From positions 90,086,001 to 90,150,000 of the forward strand of contig OZ024740.1 of assembly GCA_964016885.1 (NCBI GenBank): a stretch of DNA of 64,000 nt. The letters run 5' to 3'. Below the pieces are notes generated by a model. It worked only from the letters and a program-made list of their open reading frames with translations. It was not told the origin of the DNA and made no database searches. This DNA comes from Eledone cirrhosa (lineage: Eukaryota). Positions 24,165-40,192 of this stretch are shown here, piece after piece. Within the stretch, counting starts at the first letter, position 1; each line of letters begins with the position of its first letter. The position numbers and the translations under genes are program-made.

Positions 24165-24240
24165 TTACCTCATTAACAGAGGTTTCCCGAATGAGGCGAA
24201 TACGAAAGAAGCGTCTTCATTCGTTCGTCAGACGAGGCAA
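24165..24240 (-). ncRNA. Hammerhead ribozyme motif with extended stem II
   Basis: TTGCCTCGT-CTGACGA-A-CGAATGA..TCATTCG-G-GAAA-CCTCTG-TTA-ATGAGGTAA; 9-bp stem I; register at the cleavage site ambiguous. Confidence 0.7.
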
Positions 24241-24635
24241 TATAAAATATGGGTAAATACTTGGAAAGTCTCGTCAAGAAAATCAAAAAATATATAAATC
24301 ATCAGGAAGCTGGCTTTCCAAAATTAAATGTAGTGGTATTTATATATTATCATGTGGTATGAGAGGATGGGGAGTGGGATGGGTGGAGGTCATTGGTTGA
24401 AAGAAAAGGGAATTCATTAAAAGCTAATTCTTTAAGTCTATAGATTTTATATACATATATATATATATATATAGTATTAAGGATACTATTTATGGTTATG
24501 CATATACAAAAACCTCTTCTAGTTATATATATTTTTACAAACCCTAAATAGTGATAGGCAGTAATATATTACTACCTTATTACCAGTAAGTTAAATAGCT
24601 CAATGTAATAACGTCAGTTGTTTTACAGAGCAGTT

Positions 24636-25483
24636 ATATATAAGTTATAAGAATCAAAGTTCTGTTCATGCTTACAATTGTTTCCTCCAAACCGAGGTTT
24701 GGATTCTAGTTATAGAAATCAGTGAGTTACCTCCCCTCACGTATTAACTCCCCTTAGTCACACACACACTTCCGGAAAATAATACGATGTTGATTCTCGC
24801 AACTTAAACAACCTGCTATATCGGACTAAAGACCAACAATCTATGATACTCTAACAGAATCATCAAACGTCCAATATTGAATCGTCGTGGATTATGGGAG
24901 GGGCATATAATCTGGATAGTACGCTATCCGGACTGTGAAAATGGTGCTGTACACGAAAACCATATCGCTTTGCTACACTTTTCTAATATGTTTAATATTT
25001 ATAATATTTCTCTACACACAAGCTTCTATAACATTCATATAAAATATACATTACCAGTTCAACCCTCTTAATACTCTTGATTACCCGCTTAAGTGCTTGT
25101 ATTACATGTAACACCCTGCCGCACTATAGTATTATATAAATAAGACACACGTGCTTGCCACACGTGTAACTATTGAACACACTAACTGCTTGTGACTATC
25201 CTATCGCATTAATTTCATGTGGTATTTTAACTTTAATTTTTAATTGTATCCTCTTTTGATATAAATGTAATCTTTAAATGTATACTGCCTCGCTAAATGT
25301 TATAATGGATGTCGACCCACCAAGCAACAATATTTGCATATGTATCTGTATGTCTCTTGGGTTGAAAAGGAGGTCATATATGTGATCATTCATTACTAAT
25401 TTGCTCCGAAGAATCCAAACCTCGGTTTGGAGGAAACAATTGTAAGCATATAAATGATTTGAACAGAACTTTGATTCTTATAA

Positions 25484-25490
<7 letters not shown>
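24636..25490 (+). mobile_element. Non-coding pLTR-like element with inverted terminal fragment and hammerhead
   Basis: 24636-24707 is the reverse complement of ~25410-25490. Confidence 0.6.
25402..25448 (+). ncRNA. Minimal hammerhead with CCGAAGA core and palindromic stem III
   Basis: TGCT-CCGAAGA-A-TCCAAAC-CTCG-GTTTGGA-G-GAAA-CAATTG-TA-AGCA. Confidence 0.75.
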
Positions 25491-25538
<48 letters not shown>

Positions 25539-26628
25539 ATAATAATAAATTTGAAGACTAAAATCCAAAGAGGGCTCGATAAGGATAAATATATATCAAT
25601 TATATAAGAACCATAGAGCAAATATTTATTAAAATAACAGATTAAAGTTTAAGCAAAGAATCGCTGCTTTAACGCTTAACGGGATCTACTGAAACTAACA
25701 AAGTCAATCTGTTAACGCAGAACTGGATATTTAAAAACACGTTGCAACCGGAGGAAGACAGGAAGACGATACTTTGGTTCGTGGAAATGTTCGTTGGCGT
25801 AGAACGGGAAAAAACGAATAATACGTCATTAATAGGAGCGGTGAAAAACATTTACGCGCACGCAAAGGCAGAACCACGTTTATGGTATAAAAGAGGTCGT
25901 AGACTAATGTTCTCTTAGGTGGTTCATAGAGACGTTCTCTGGCAATGAACGAAAAAACGAAGATAATACGTCCTATGTGGACCGTGGAGAACAATAGCAC
26001 GCAAAGACAAAACCACGTAAATGGTATAGCAGAAGTCGTAGACTAAAATTCTAACTAGGAGACCAAATGAATCTCCGCTACAGAGTTAAGAACTAAGTAA
26101 ATAAATACAATAAAGAAGTAATAAAAATAAATAAATACAAACACGCAAACAAAAATGTACATACACAAGCATACGCAAAACCTTACCATAGGTATACAAA
26201 ACCACGCACATATAAATATGTGTGTGTGTGTATGCGTGTATAAAAATAAATAAATAATTATATAAACGTATATAAATAAATAAATACGTATATAACAAGC
26301 GCACACACATAACTACATATAAATACACGAATGTTAGGAGACGTAAGTCAACTAAAACAAGAAGTACACATATACACACACCCACCATACGTACGAACCT
26401 ACATAATCACACAGACGCAAAAACTCCCGTATACACATAGCCGAACCCTATGTACCAGAATATATAAAATTATACGCCATAACAATCAAATATGCGTACG
26501 GGAAGGTATACGTACCTTCACAAAACATACGGGTAGTATATACTTGCCTATGCAAATAAGTAAAGGAATAAACAAAACATATACTTAGCTCCCACATCAA
26601 GACGTAAAATACACACGTATAGATCGTA

Positions 26629-26890
26629 CTATCCGTTAGGGTATAACGTGGGGCTGTAATATAGGAAGGTTTTGTGCAATTTATGTTTACAAGCCGAAAT
26701 TGCCTCAGATTTTTTGTTTAAGATGTAGTCTGTGGCGTAGAGTATTTCCAGGGCCTCACCGGCGCAGAGGTCACATGGTCTTTTATTTCCGTTATACGAT
26801 CTAGCCTGAGCTTGGATCTCCCAGTGTAACTTATATTGGGTGTGGTTGTATTTTAGACTCCAGATATAAGCTGAAAGTGACGTCATATAC
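26629..26890 (-). pseudogene. C-terminal fragment of PLE GIY-YIG endonuclease
   Basis: TSLSAYIWSLK...WEI...SYNG.KRPCDLC..E....LNKKSE...CKH, homologous to the end of ORF 22595-23251. Confidence 0.85.
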
Positions 26891-27695
26891 CTGACGTATA
26901 TTTGATTGTTATGGCGTATAATTTTATATATTCTGGTACATAGGGTTTGGCTATGTGTATACGGGAGTTTTTGCGTCTGTGTGATTATGTAGGTTCGTAC
27001 GTATGGTGGGTGTCTGTACATGTGTACTTCTTGTTTTAGTTGACTTACGTCTCCGAACATTCGTGTATTTATATGTAGGTATGTGTGTGCGCTTTTTATA
27101 TACGTATTTATTTATTTATATACGTTTATATAATTATTTATTTACTTTTATGCACGCATACACACACACACATATTTATATGTGCGTGGTTTTGTATACC
27201 TATTGTATGGTTTTGCGTATGCTTGTGTATGTACATTTTTGTTTGCGTGTTTGTATTTATTTATTTTTATTACTTCTGTATTGTATTTATTTACTTAGTT
27301 CTTAACTCTGTAGCGGAGATTCATTTGGTCTCCTAGTTAGAATTTTAGTCTACGACTTCTGCTATACCATTTACGTGGTTTTTTTTATTGCGTGCTCTTG
27401 TTCTCTACGCTCCACATATGACGTATTATCTTCGTTTTTTCGTTCATTGCCAGAGAACGTCTCTATGAACCACCTAAGGGAACATTAGTCTACGACCTCT
27501 TTTATACCATAAACGTGGTTCTGCCTTTGCGTGCGCGTAAATGTTTTTCACCGCACCTATTAATGGCGTATTATTCGTTTTTTCCCGTTCTTCGCCAGCG
27601 AACGTTTCCACGAACCAAAGTATCGTCTTCCTGTCTTCCTCCGCTTGCAACGTTTTTTTATATATCCAGTTCTGCGTTTACAGATTGACTTTGTT

Positions 27696-27746
27696 AGTTT
27701 CAGAAGATCCCGTTAAGGGTGAAAGCAGCGATTCTTTGCTTAAACT
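27696..27746 (+). ncRNA. Hammerhead-like motif with variant CAGAAGA core (family B)
   Basis: AGTTT-CAGAAGA-T-CCC-GTTAA-GGG-T-GAAA-GCA..TGC-TT-AAACT; mutated inverted partner at 25646-25696. Confidence 0.7.
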
Positions 27747-28591
27747 TTAATCTGTTATTTTAATAAATATATATATATATATATTATATATATATAAACA
27801 CACACATACAAACACACACACACATATATATATATTTGAATGTGAAATATAGAAAAGATTGAAAGTGAACTAAAATGAGAACTCTGCTGGCGCACAGAAG
27901 TGTGTGGAGGAAGGAAATAAAGGCGCTGTACAAGACACGTTTACACACAAACATCTTCACCTTCATTAGCTCTCAATATAGCAAACTGGTTTTGCACGAT
28001 TTAATTTAGAATACGATTCTAAAATGCTGAATCGTTTAATATTAAAATATTGTTTCTGATTATACGATGTTTGTCTGATAAAACAAACAATACAAATACA
28101 AGCGCGAAAGAAAAGAAAAAGAGAAAAAAATAGACACTGAACCTCAGTCTGGAGTTTCTGTCCTAGAAAGAAAGCTAATCATGGCTATGATAAAGTTAAA
28201 ACAATGTTTTCTCTTATCGAGATTAATCGAGAAAAGATTTGAATACATACAAAATAAGAAATATTATCACTAGGACAGCCGTTAAAACAAACCAACAGCG
28301 ATGCTTCAGACGATAGACACCACCAGCCTGTGATACAAGGAGAGACAACTCATACGGTGGGTGACAGGCAGATTAAATATAGTAAATATTGAAAGAGGAG
28401 GAGGACAAGAAAAGGTGAGCTGATGTACGTAAGTGACAGGAAGGAGGATATAAAGAAAAATAATGTAAACACAAGTTTACACACATAAGTTCACCAGCAT
28501 CAGCTCTCAAAACAACAAAATAATTTCGATTAAATACATTTCTGTTACATTAATCATAATATATACATAGATACATACAAATAATATATAC

Positions 28592-28632
<41 letters not shown>

Positions 28633-28634
<2 letters not shown>

Positions 28635-28810
28635 AACGAGTAGGACCCCGGCGGCTAATTCTGGACTCAGACTCTGGAGTCCAGAATTAGCCGTCGAAAC
28701 GGCTTGAGCTCAGCCGTCGGGATCCTACTCGTTCCTATTACCCTCTCTACTACCCTAAGTATTGAGTACTTTGGTGCGTTATGGTCCACCTGTTTCCTCA
28801 AAACATTTCT
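28633..28810. repeat. Family C pseudo-LTR end with short inverted arm, in (AT)n
   Basis: CCAGAATTAGCCGTCGAAACGGCTTGAGCTCAGCCGTCGGG...GTATTGAGTACT...CGTTATGG. Confidence 0.7.
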
Positions 28811-28820
28811 TCCGTTATAT

Positions 28821-28861
<41 letters not shown>

Positions 28862-28864
28862 AAG

Positions 28865-28967
<103 letters not shown>

Positions 28968-29149
28968 TACATATATACATATATACATATATACATATAC
29001 GTGTTTTGCAACGGGTTATTTGTTGGAGATTTCTTCATAGAAGCCTAAAGCTTATAGCCTGGTCTATTCGATTTTTTATATGGTTAATTATGCTAATTGG
29101 GAGAGGAAATGGTATATATTTTATCTGGTGATTCTATAGACATGTTTTA

Positions 29150-29217
<68 letters not shown>

Positions 29218-29659
29218 TAGAATTGGTGGTCTGAAATAGCGATATATATATGAATGAATATATAGTGTATTTTGCAATACACTCTATGCTTAATTAAAGC
29301 ATTTTGAAGACCATACCCTATGTCGCTTACTTAAATTTTCGGCAGGCAGGGGGAGTTAAGTTCACAGCGATGTTTCTTACTTATTAGTACTTGTCGAAAC
29401 TCAGTACTCTTCCTATCTGCCGACCGAACATTATGTATGTTGGATTCTTATAGAATTCAAGTAACAATCCGGAACTGAATTTATAGAGCGGTCGCCGGCC
29501 CAGCAGAAATTGAAAAGTAGAATTGGTGCTCTGAAATAGCGATATATATATGAATGTATATTTAGTGTATATATATCGCTATTTCAGAGCACCAATTCTA
29601 ATTTGGTAAAATACCAGATGTACCATAACCGACCAGAGTACTCGATACTTAGGCTATAC

Positions 29660-30345
29660 ATACACAGTGTGTCTTCATATATTTACACGTATACCATGAT
29701 TGCTCAATATCAGGAATCTCTGTCACAAATACTGCGTATTGTTTTCCTGTTGATTTTTGCCTATCTTACAGTTCCTCATTCGTCATCCCATAATTCACTA
29801 AATGTGGAGTTAATTTTTTTAATTTTAAATGGATACCGAATGATAGCGAACAGAAAAAGAAAATAACCCGAAGAAAATATATGTATGCATGTATAAGTAT
29901 ATATTCTTGCGTATATATATATAAATATATGTGTGTTGGTGAGCGTTTGCAACCGTATGAATTGCACAGATTTTTATTGAGATCCTTCGACATATTTAAC
30001 GCAGAAATATATACTTATACATATATGTTCTTCGGCTTATTTTCTTTTTCTGTTCGCTATCATTCGGTATCCATTTAAAATAAAAATATTAACTCTACAT
30101 TCAGTGAATTATGGATGACGAATGAGGAACTGTAAGATAGGCAAGAATCAACAGGAACACAATACGCTGTATTTGTGAAAGAGATTCCTGATACTGAGCA
30201 ATCATGGTATACATGTGATATATGAAGACACACACACTGTATGATATACAGTGTGTCACAGCAAGTTGTTCTTGTTGATTCTTGCCTATCTTACAGTTCC
30301 TCATTCGTCATCCTATAATACATTGAATGTGGAGTTAATTTCTTA
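29660..30345. repeat. Unclassified non-coding repeat with inverted and direct sub-copies
   Basis: 29660-29900 is mirrored at ~30010-30240; 29745-29820 is repeated at 30270-30345. Confidence 0.65.
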
Positions 30346-30471
30346 TGTTAAATGTATACCGCATAATTTGCTTTTCACTATTTTACAAAGCACCGAAAGT
30401 ATTCTAAAGGAGGTAATGCCGATAAATGTATATGGATGCTGCACATAAGATGATCTCTATAAAAATGGAAC

Positions 30472-30574
<103 letters not shown>

Positions 30575-30711
30575 CTTTTGATATATGAAGAATTAAATAT
30601 TTGATTATGGGAAATGAATTTGTATAAATAATATTAGTATACTGAATTTCTATTTGTTTGATCAATACACAGCGTCAGTATTTCTCTCTTTCTCTCACTC
30701 TCCCACACTGA

Positions 30712-30758
<47 letters not shown>

Positions 30759-30759
30759 G

Positions 30760-30790
<31 letters not shown>

Positions 30791-30906
30791 GGGGAGGGAG
30801 AGGGAGAGAGAGGCAGACAAAGATATATATATATAATACATAGATAGATAGATAGATAGATAGATGGGTAGATAGACAGATAGACAGATATACACATACT
30901 CACACA

Positions 30907-30970
<64 letters not shown>

Positions 30971-31325
30971 ATCGTTTAAAATTACCTGTAGCAGATATAA
31001 TTTAAGCTTGATTCGTGTCATTGTGCTGCACATTTGTTGTAACCTTTGCAGACTGAGATGTTAAAGTTATTTAACGTCCAGAATTCACCGTTCTAAAAAC
31101 ATCATTCTAGACATAATGTAGATTTTAAATTGTGGGAGAGGAGTAATGCGTGAGGTTTTACATCCACAGACTTCCGTCAAGTAACCTTTGGACTGTAAAA
31201 ATAGACAGCATGCATGTAAGTAATTATGTCTCTCTCTGTATGAGTAAACATATTCATACTCACATAAAGGTACGCGCACATAGTCGTACGCTCACACACA
31301 TATGCGCCCCAATATATATCTAGAT

Positions 31326-31362
<37 letters not shown>

Positions 31363-31381
31363 TGTATGTATGTATGTATTA

Positions 31382-31990
31382 TGTCAGGTCACCAGTTGGT
31401 GCTACTGGTAACATGTATCCCAGTACAACCTGTCTCATGGTCGGGTCGTTGGCGACTAAACTGGCAACCTCACCAAGGTTTCTTGGTGAGGAGGGTGACT
31501 TTGGACATCCTGCAGGACTAAAAACAAAACCTGTCAAAGGGCAAAGGAGCTCTTAAGAGTCAATGGCCATCCAAAATCACCGGGAGAGATGACCCCTTAG
31601 CCTTTGTCAAGGCAGAATTCTAGGAGAAGGAAAACTCTGATATAACACCTGCAACCCTGATGGTATCCAATGATGTTGACTTGTTCTTCTTTTTGGTAAA
31701 TATCATCTTGGTTAAGAGAGTGGGACTGGCTTTGTGCAGTGCCTTTGCTCACTATAAAAGCTTCACAGCACAGGCATTGCTTTATATCTGGAGATCTCTC
31801 TGCACTTGTCGTCACGTGGTACCATGGGCCCTGCACTATGTGTCAATAATGGTCACAAGTGTAGTCTTTGTACCAGAGTTTTCAAGTCGCTGGCTGGACT
31901 AAAAAGTCACATTCGTTCAGCGCATCGGTAGGGGTTCTCCTACATGGATATAAAGTAGTGGCCGTACTCGAAAACGAGTTGGCAGCCACC
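31382..31990 (+). mobile_element. Internally deleted RTE-like element (5' region joined to 3' end encoding a C2H2 finger), flanked by (ATGT)n
   Basis: 31851-31931 translates GHKCSLCTRVFKSLAGLKSHIRSAHR*; 5' part homologous to 19040-19250; clade assignment inferred. Confidence 0.6.
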
Positions 31991-32033
31991 ATGTATGTAT
32001 GTATGTATGTATGTATGTATGTATGTATGTATG

Positions 32034-32143
<110 letters not shown>

Positions 32144-32446
32144 TGTATGTATGCGTGTGTGTGTATGTGTGTGCGTGTATTGTGTGTGTTCGCGTGTGTG
32201 TATGTTATGCATGTAAACATGCCTCTATGCGCAACTAGCTAATTATTTTGTTGACATATCGGATTTGATCACGCAGTCTTTTATCGAATTAACCCCTTGA
32301 ACCAATAATATGTTGGACGATGGAATCGACTAAATGCCAAAGGATAGGCTATTTAGGGCTGTACCGAAATCTCTCCTCCACTCTAGAGAGAAAACATTGA
32401 TATGTGTGAACCACATGTTGATCCTGCTTTGTTTATATGTATATAT

Positions 32447-33830
32447 AAACTACTATGCTGATATCTCGGAGCCCCTCCTGAAGGACGCAATTAACTTTGC
32501 CAGGAATGTTACCACCATTACCGGTGCTGAGCAAATTGTTATCCTCCACGCCCGTAAGACCTTTCTATACCACGATGGATCCTACTGGATCAACAGGAAG
32601 TCTCAGACCCCATTTGACGTTAGCATGGGGGCGAGTGACTCGGCTGAAATTAGCGACATTGTGGGCTTGTACATCCTACATCACCTGAAGAACCTCTTCA
32701 CCGGCCTAACCGGAGGTTTATACCGAGACGACGGCCTCTTCGCCCTGCATAAGGTGAACCCCAGAACCACTGATTTGTTTCGGAAAAACTTTAGCTCGTT
32801 CTTCTCTAATCTAGGCTTTAGTATAACTATAGAATCTAATATGACTAGGGCCAACTTCTTAGATGTCACTCTCGACCTAGATACTTCCCTCTATTACCCG
32901 TACCACAAACCTAACGAGTCCCTTAGATATATTAATGTTAATTCTAACCACCCCCAAAACATCACTGATAACTTAGTAAAAAGCGTCTATATTGGAATCT
33001 CTGGCCTCTCTGTCAACAAAGATATTTTTAACGCCTCTGCCTCCTACTACAATGACGCACTTGCCCGCATCGGATTTAAAGAAAAGATAAACTACCTAGA
33101 AACCACCGCAAGATTGCAGAGGAGGAATAGGTATAGGCAGATTACCTGGTACAACCCTCCCATCAATACAGATGTCTCTACACTGATAGCTAGGTTTTTC
33201 TTCCCTTTGCTGAAAACACGCTTCCCCATACAACATAGGTACTACACCATCTTTAATAAGAACACAATAAGACTCTCCTACTCCACCACACCTAACCTAG
33301 CTAGGAATATAGCCAACCACAATACTAAAAAATAAATAAGCCAACCACCTCCGAACCCAATCCCCGGACTGGGGCTTTGTTTAATTGCCTAATTAAGGAA
33401 GCATGCCCACTTGAAAACAAATGCCTCACAAATGATATTGTATACAAATGCGATGTCATCTCAGGCACCGATGATTGCAATAACAAAAAATCTTACATCG
33501 GCATGACTTCCAATAATTTTAAGACACCCTGGTATGCCCATACCCACTCCTTCAGAAGACCGGACAAATCAAACCACACAACACTCGCCTCCTATGTTTG
33601 GGACCTCAAAAGGAACTCCACCCCTTCACGCTTAAATGAAAATACTCCAGGAAGCGAGCTCTTACAACAGAGGACAGAAGGGATGCGACCTTTGTTTCTC
33701 AGAGAGCTACAACATTTTATTCGCCAAGGGCCCGCTACTGAATAAACTCTCTGAACATTGCCCGAACGGCATGAGACAAAAAGTTTGCAACTTTCAAATA
33801 TTTTAAGCCAGTGTTAAAGCCCAATGGCTA
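32447..33830 (+). pseudogene. 5'-truncated Penelope/Poseidon-type PLE RT + GIY-YIG
   Basis: FDVSMGASDSAEISDIVG, YRDDG, NFLDVTL, WYNPP, CPLENKC, IVYKC...SYIG; stop at 33333-33335 and a later frameshift. Confidence 0.9.
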
Positions 33831-34008
33831 AAAACGACCTCCTCCTTTTAGCCCTCTACCTACTTCCCACCCTACCCCCACCCCTCCTCAACCTGAAATT
33901 ACGGCCACTATGGTTATGTGCGTACCTCTTACCTATCTGCATCTTCTGCCTGTAGAGCTGTTTTTTATGTGCATGTGTATATGCGTATATTTATTGAGCA
34001 CTTATTTG

Positions 34009-36030
<2,022 letters not shown>

Positions 36031-36818
36031 GGTGGGTGTAACTAAGAGTTACTGCAGGTTCACCCGGGTGAGCACTCGATGTTTAGGTTCACTTCTGTGA
36101 TGATGTGTAGAGCTATACAGAGTGTAAAATATTGAAAGGATAAAATGAACTATTGATTATTCCTTCATAGCATTTATTGATAGGTGACGCTCTCCATATT
36201 CGTGTCCGCATGCGTCATACACATACATGTGTGTACATATACATATGGCTGTGTGTGAGCGTATGCCGATATGTGTGGGCAAGGATGTGCGTATGTGTTT
36301 TATGTTGTGTGTGTGTACACAACAATATATGTGCACATATATACATATATGTGTGTACGTATACGTATATAGAAGGTATCTGTCAGACGAAGAGCGTCTA
36401 ACTATGTTTCTATGTAAGGACCTGACGCCACCAATACATCCACCACACCACCACAAACGCCGCTACCATAGACAAAGGCACCACTACCACACGCCCACTC
36501 ACACTCCAACCCGTCTACTGACAATCCACTAACCTCATACCACAGCCATCCCACTATATAACCTTAACCACCATCATATCATCAGATCCACCCCCACATA
36601 CTCTACACGCCAAGGCCAACCCACCACCACCACACCACAGCCCACCTCATCCACAGACCGTCACCAACATCTCACCATCACACCCACCCCCATATACACT
36701 ACAGACCAGTACATCGCCTTGATCCTTCTTACCGATCAAAACATCTCATTTTGTCAAACTCTTGAAACTCTGACTTTACCACATAGCATGTATTTCATTT
36801 TCTTATAGCATTTTAAGA

Positions 36819-36905
36819 GGGTCCGTCGAGCTGCCGATTATTGAGTCGGGTAGCATCGATATAGATCGAACCTTGAGCTGATCAGTGGCGAAACGCGCGT
36901 CACCT
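36819..36905 (+). ncRNA. Hammerhead-like motif, extended stem II, core CCGTCGA (probably mutated)
   Basis: GGGT-CCGTCGA-GCTGCCGAT..ATCAGTGGC-GAAA-CGCGCG-TC-ACCT. Confidence 0.55.
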
Positions 36906-36950
36906 ATCAACAAATGCAATGAAGGAATAATCAATCGTCCTTTTTATCCT

Positions 36951-37023
<73 letters not shown>

Positions 37024-37166
37024 CAAAGCGGGATCAACATGTGGTTCACAAATATCAATGTTTTCTCTCTAGAGAGGAGGAGAGATTTCGGTACACCGCT
37101 AAATTGCCTATCCTTTGGCATTTAGTCGATTCCATCCCTCCGAAAATAATATGTCCTAGAGAGTTT

Positions 37167-37245
37167 ATCCCCTGAAGAGCTCTAAACTCGAGTATGAACC
37201 TTAAATAAGGTATCTCAAAAGCGAGCGAAACCGAAGGGTAGGGAT
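37167..37245 (+). ncRNA. Canonical type I hammerhead ribozyme with long stem II
   Basis: ATCCC-CTGAAGA-GCTC..GAGC-GAAA-CC-GAAG-GG-TA-GGGAT. Confidence 0.85.
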
Positions 37246-37538
37246 TTAGTGATTTAGTTCTGGTATGTATATAAACATTTCAGACATTAATGTTTACCTA
37301 ATTATGTATGATTGACCGTGTATTTAATTAATTTTCACGTGCTGTTGAAATATTGGGTAAATATTCTATAGCGGTTGCACGCGAAGACGCCACGATAACG
37401 TATTTATTTATTGTTTCTTCATAGATGCCTTTTATTCTTATAGCCTGGTCTAATTGATTTTTTGTGTGGTTAATTATGCTGATTGGGAGTAGAGATGATG
37501 TATATATATTATCAAATAATTCTCTCGACATGCTTTAC

Positions 37539-37579
<41 letters not shown>

Positions 37580-37595
37580 TAAAATGACAGGTTAA

Positions 37596-37646
37596 AGTTT
37601 AATCAAGTAATCGCGGCTTTCACCCTTAACTGGATCTTCTGAAACT
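37596..37646 (-). ncRNA. Family B CAGAAGA hammerhead-like motif, decayed
   Basis: AGTTT-CAGAAGA-TCCAGTTAAGGGT-GAAA-...-TT-AAACT. Confidence 0.5.
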
Positions 37647-38107
37647 AAGAAGATCAACATGAGAATGGAGAAGTATATATTTCGAAAAACCTTGCAATCG
37701 AAGGAAAAGAGAAAGACGATACTTTGGTTGGTGAAGACGTTCCCTGGCAATGAACGGAAAGAAGTAAAGAAAATACGTCGTTATTTGCAGCGATGACTCC
37801 ATATACCATAAACGTCGTTTTCTTTTGCGTGTGTCTGTTCCGCAGCAACTTTTGATCCGCAAGGCCGATTTTCAAAATTGTTTTTGTTATCAACCACAAA
37901 GTTATCAGGGCAGGTTGACACGACATTGCGAATGATCCACTCCCCTTTGTCCACGTAAAATTTCGATAAAACTGACTATAGGTACGACTTTGCACAGAAA
38001 AATCTCTATATCTATAAAAATGAAAAAGAAAGAGTGAGATTGAAAGAAACAGACAGACTAAACGAGGGGGATAGCGGGAGAGAGAGAGATAAATAGAGAG
38101 AGAGAGA

Positions 38108-38183
<76 letters not shown>

Positions 38184-38759
38184 ATGTGAGAGAGAGGCGA
38201 CAGACTCTGTGTTTGATACATGACAGTGGAAGAGGGGAAGGTATGCTATAACTAATTAACATGTCTGCGAGTGTGTGTGCACGCGCGAGCGTGTATGTGT
38301 GTTCGTGCAGCGTTCCAGTAGGAGTTAAATCTATTAAGCGAGGATATTACGTCGTTATGTGGACCGAGAAGAACAATTTCATGCAAATACAAGACCAAGT
38401 TTATGGTATAAATGGAGTCGTTAGACTAACATTCTATTTAAAATAATCGAATGATTTCCAGCCCCGCAGTTTAAGAATGATGTAAATAAAATTGTAAACG
38501 AAAATGACAAAGGTTATTAAAATAGTTGTTTCTACTTTTGGCACAAGGCCAGCAATTACGCAGTCCATTACTGGTACTTTATTTTATCGACACGGTATGG
38601 ATGAAAGGCAAAGTTAACCACGACGGGATTTTAAATTTGCCTTAAAATAGTAAAAGTAAATAGTGTAGATTTAGGCCAGTACACGCGTATGCGCCGACGG
38701 ATATACAAATACATATACATACGCACACACAAACACACACACCTGTGTAAACATTATGC

Positions 38760-39177
38760 ATTTCTACAGTATTTTCACTAAACTTAAGACATAGGTTACT
38801 TATGTACTCCGGATGGACATGGGTACTTTCATTTTTCCAGATATTGATTATAGGGCAGATAACCCCCTTTAACCACTTCCTTGGAGCCGACTAAAGCACT
38901 GCCGTAAAATGCAACAAAACGTCATAACTTCGGGAGTTCGCAACCGATTTTCACAAAACTTGACAGATGGGCTACGTGTGTTCTACAGATGAAGGTGAAC
39001 TCTCAGAATTTGAACATATTGAGTAGGGGACCCCTGGGGGCTAACCCCCCCCCCAGTTTGTGAAAGAGCCGATGATTTTGTAAAAGTATAGTTTTCGAAG
39101 CAGCACTGACGTATTGACATAAATGGTATACATAACTGCTATTTAATACCCGAGCAACGCCGGGTATCACTGCTAGT
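38760..39177 (+). mobile_element. Non-autonomous Helitron-like 3' end
   Basis: Hairpin ATACCCG-AGCAACGC-CGGGTAT (39146-39167) followed by CTAG|T; 5' boundary uncertain. Confidence 0.6.
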
Positions 39178-39660
39178 ATATATATATATATGAGTGTGTT
39201 GTATTTTGATTCAAGCATTTTGGAAGAATAGGAGTTAAATTTCATTGTGTTTACGAGGACGGGCTTAAAATACCAAAGCAACATTATGGGAGGGAAGGCA
39301 GAGGTATGCGTTAGAAGCCAAAACGTGGTAGGAGCAAGAATATAGAACGATAAGAATGACACATTGTTAAATTAATTATATATCTGTCCCAAAATTTCGG
39401 ATATACTATCTATTAACATGGATGATGTCATAGGGAAGTATAATCGACGTTTGTTTTCCTTGGTCGCTGTATATTTTGAAAATATTGATGGATGAGTATT
39501 CTTCGGTAATTTACTAAGTAATTATTTACTAAGTAATTATTGCCCCTTTATTTTCATTTACCCAATTATCTAACTTCACTCCCTCAATTCACTTCTAACT
39601 CGTTGCCTCAGGATTCCGAACACATTTATGTTGCACGGTCCCCTAAACATGCACACTTTT

Positions 39661-39742
<82 letters not shown>

Positions 39743-39746
<4 letters not shown>

Positions 39747-39933
39747 AAAAAGTATGACCCGACGGCAGAGCTAAATCCGTTTCGACGGCTATTTCTGGAC
39801 TAAGAAATAGCCGTCGAAACGGCTTGAGCTCTGCCGTCGGGGCTATACCTTTTCCTATTCCCACTCTACTGCCTTAAGTATTGAGTACTCTACTGCGTTA
39901 TGGTTCATCTGCTTCCTTACCACAATTCCTTTG

Positions 39934-39935
<2 letters not shown>
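39743..39935. repeat. Family C palindromic pseudo-LTR end in (AT)n
   Basis: Inverted pair of the GCCGTCGAAACGGC motif centred near 39801. Confidence 0.75.
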
Positions 39936-39979
<44 letters not shown>

Positions 39980-40192
39980 CCACACAAACACACACATACA
40001 TACCTACGTTCTCAAACAGAGACACACACAGACATATATATGTATATACATGATTATGGTTATGTATATATATGTTGTATGTAATTATCTATGTATATAT
40101 AAACATAATATAATGTGTTAGAATTTATATAAAACCAACAACATATTTAGTACTGAATAAAGACGTCCCAAATTAGTTTCCATTAAAGTAAT

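Larger units (their letters stand above)
25535..27770 (-). mobile_element. Heavily 5'-truncated PLE (family B): pseudo-LTR + GIY-YIG tail + inverted pseudo-LTR
   Basis: 25620-26500 and 26893-27770 are ~880-bp inverted repeats around a coding remnant. Confidence 0.88.

Noticed and set aside
29975-30040. CCGAAGA...GAAG-GATC-TC hammerhead-like motif on the minus strand
   Set aside because: GAAA is altered and no stem I pairing was found
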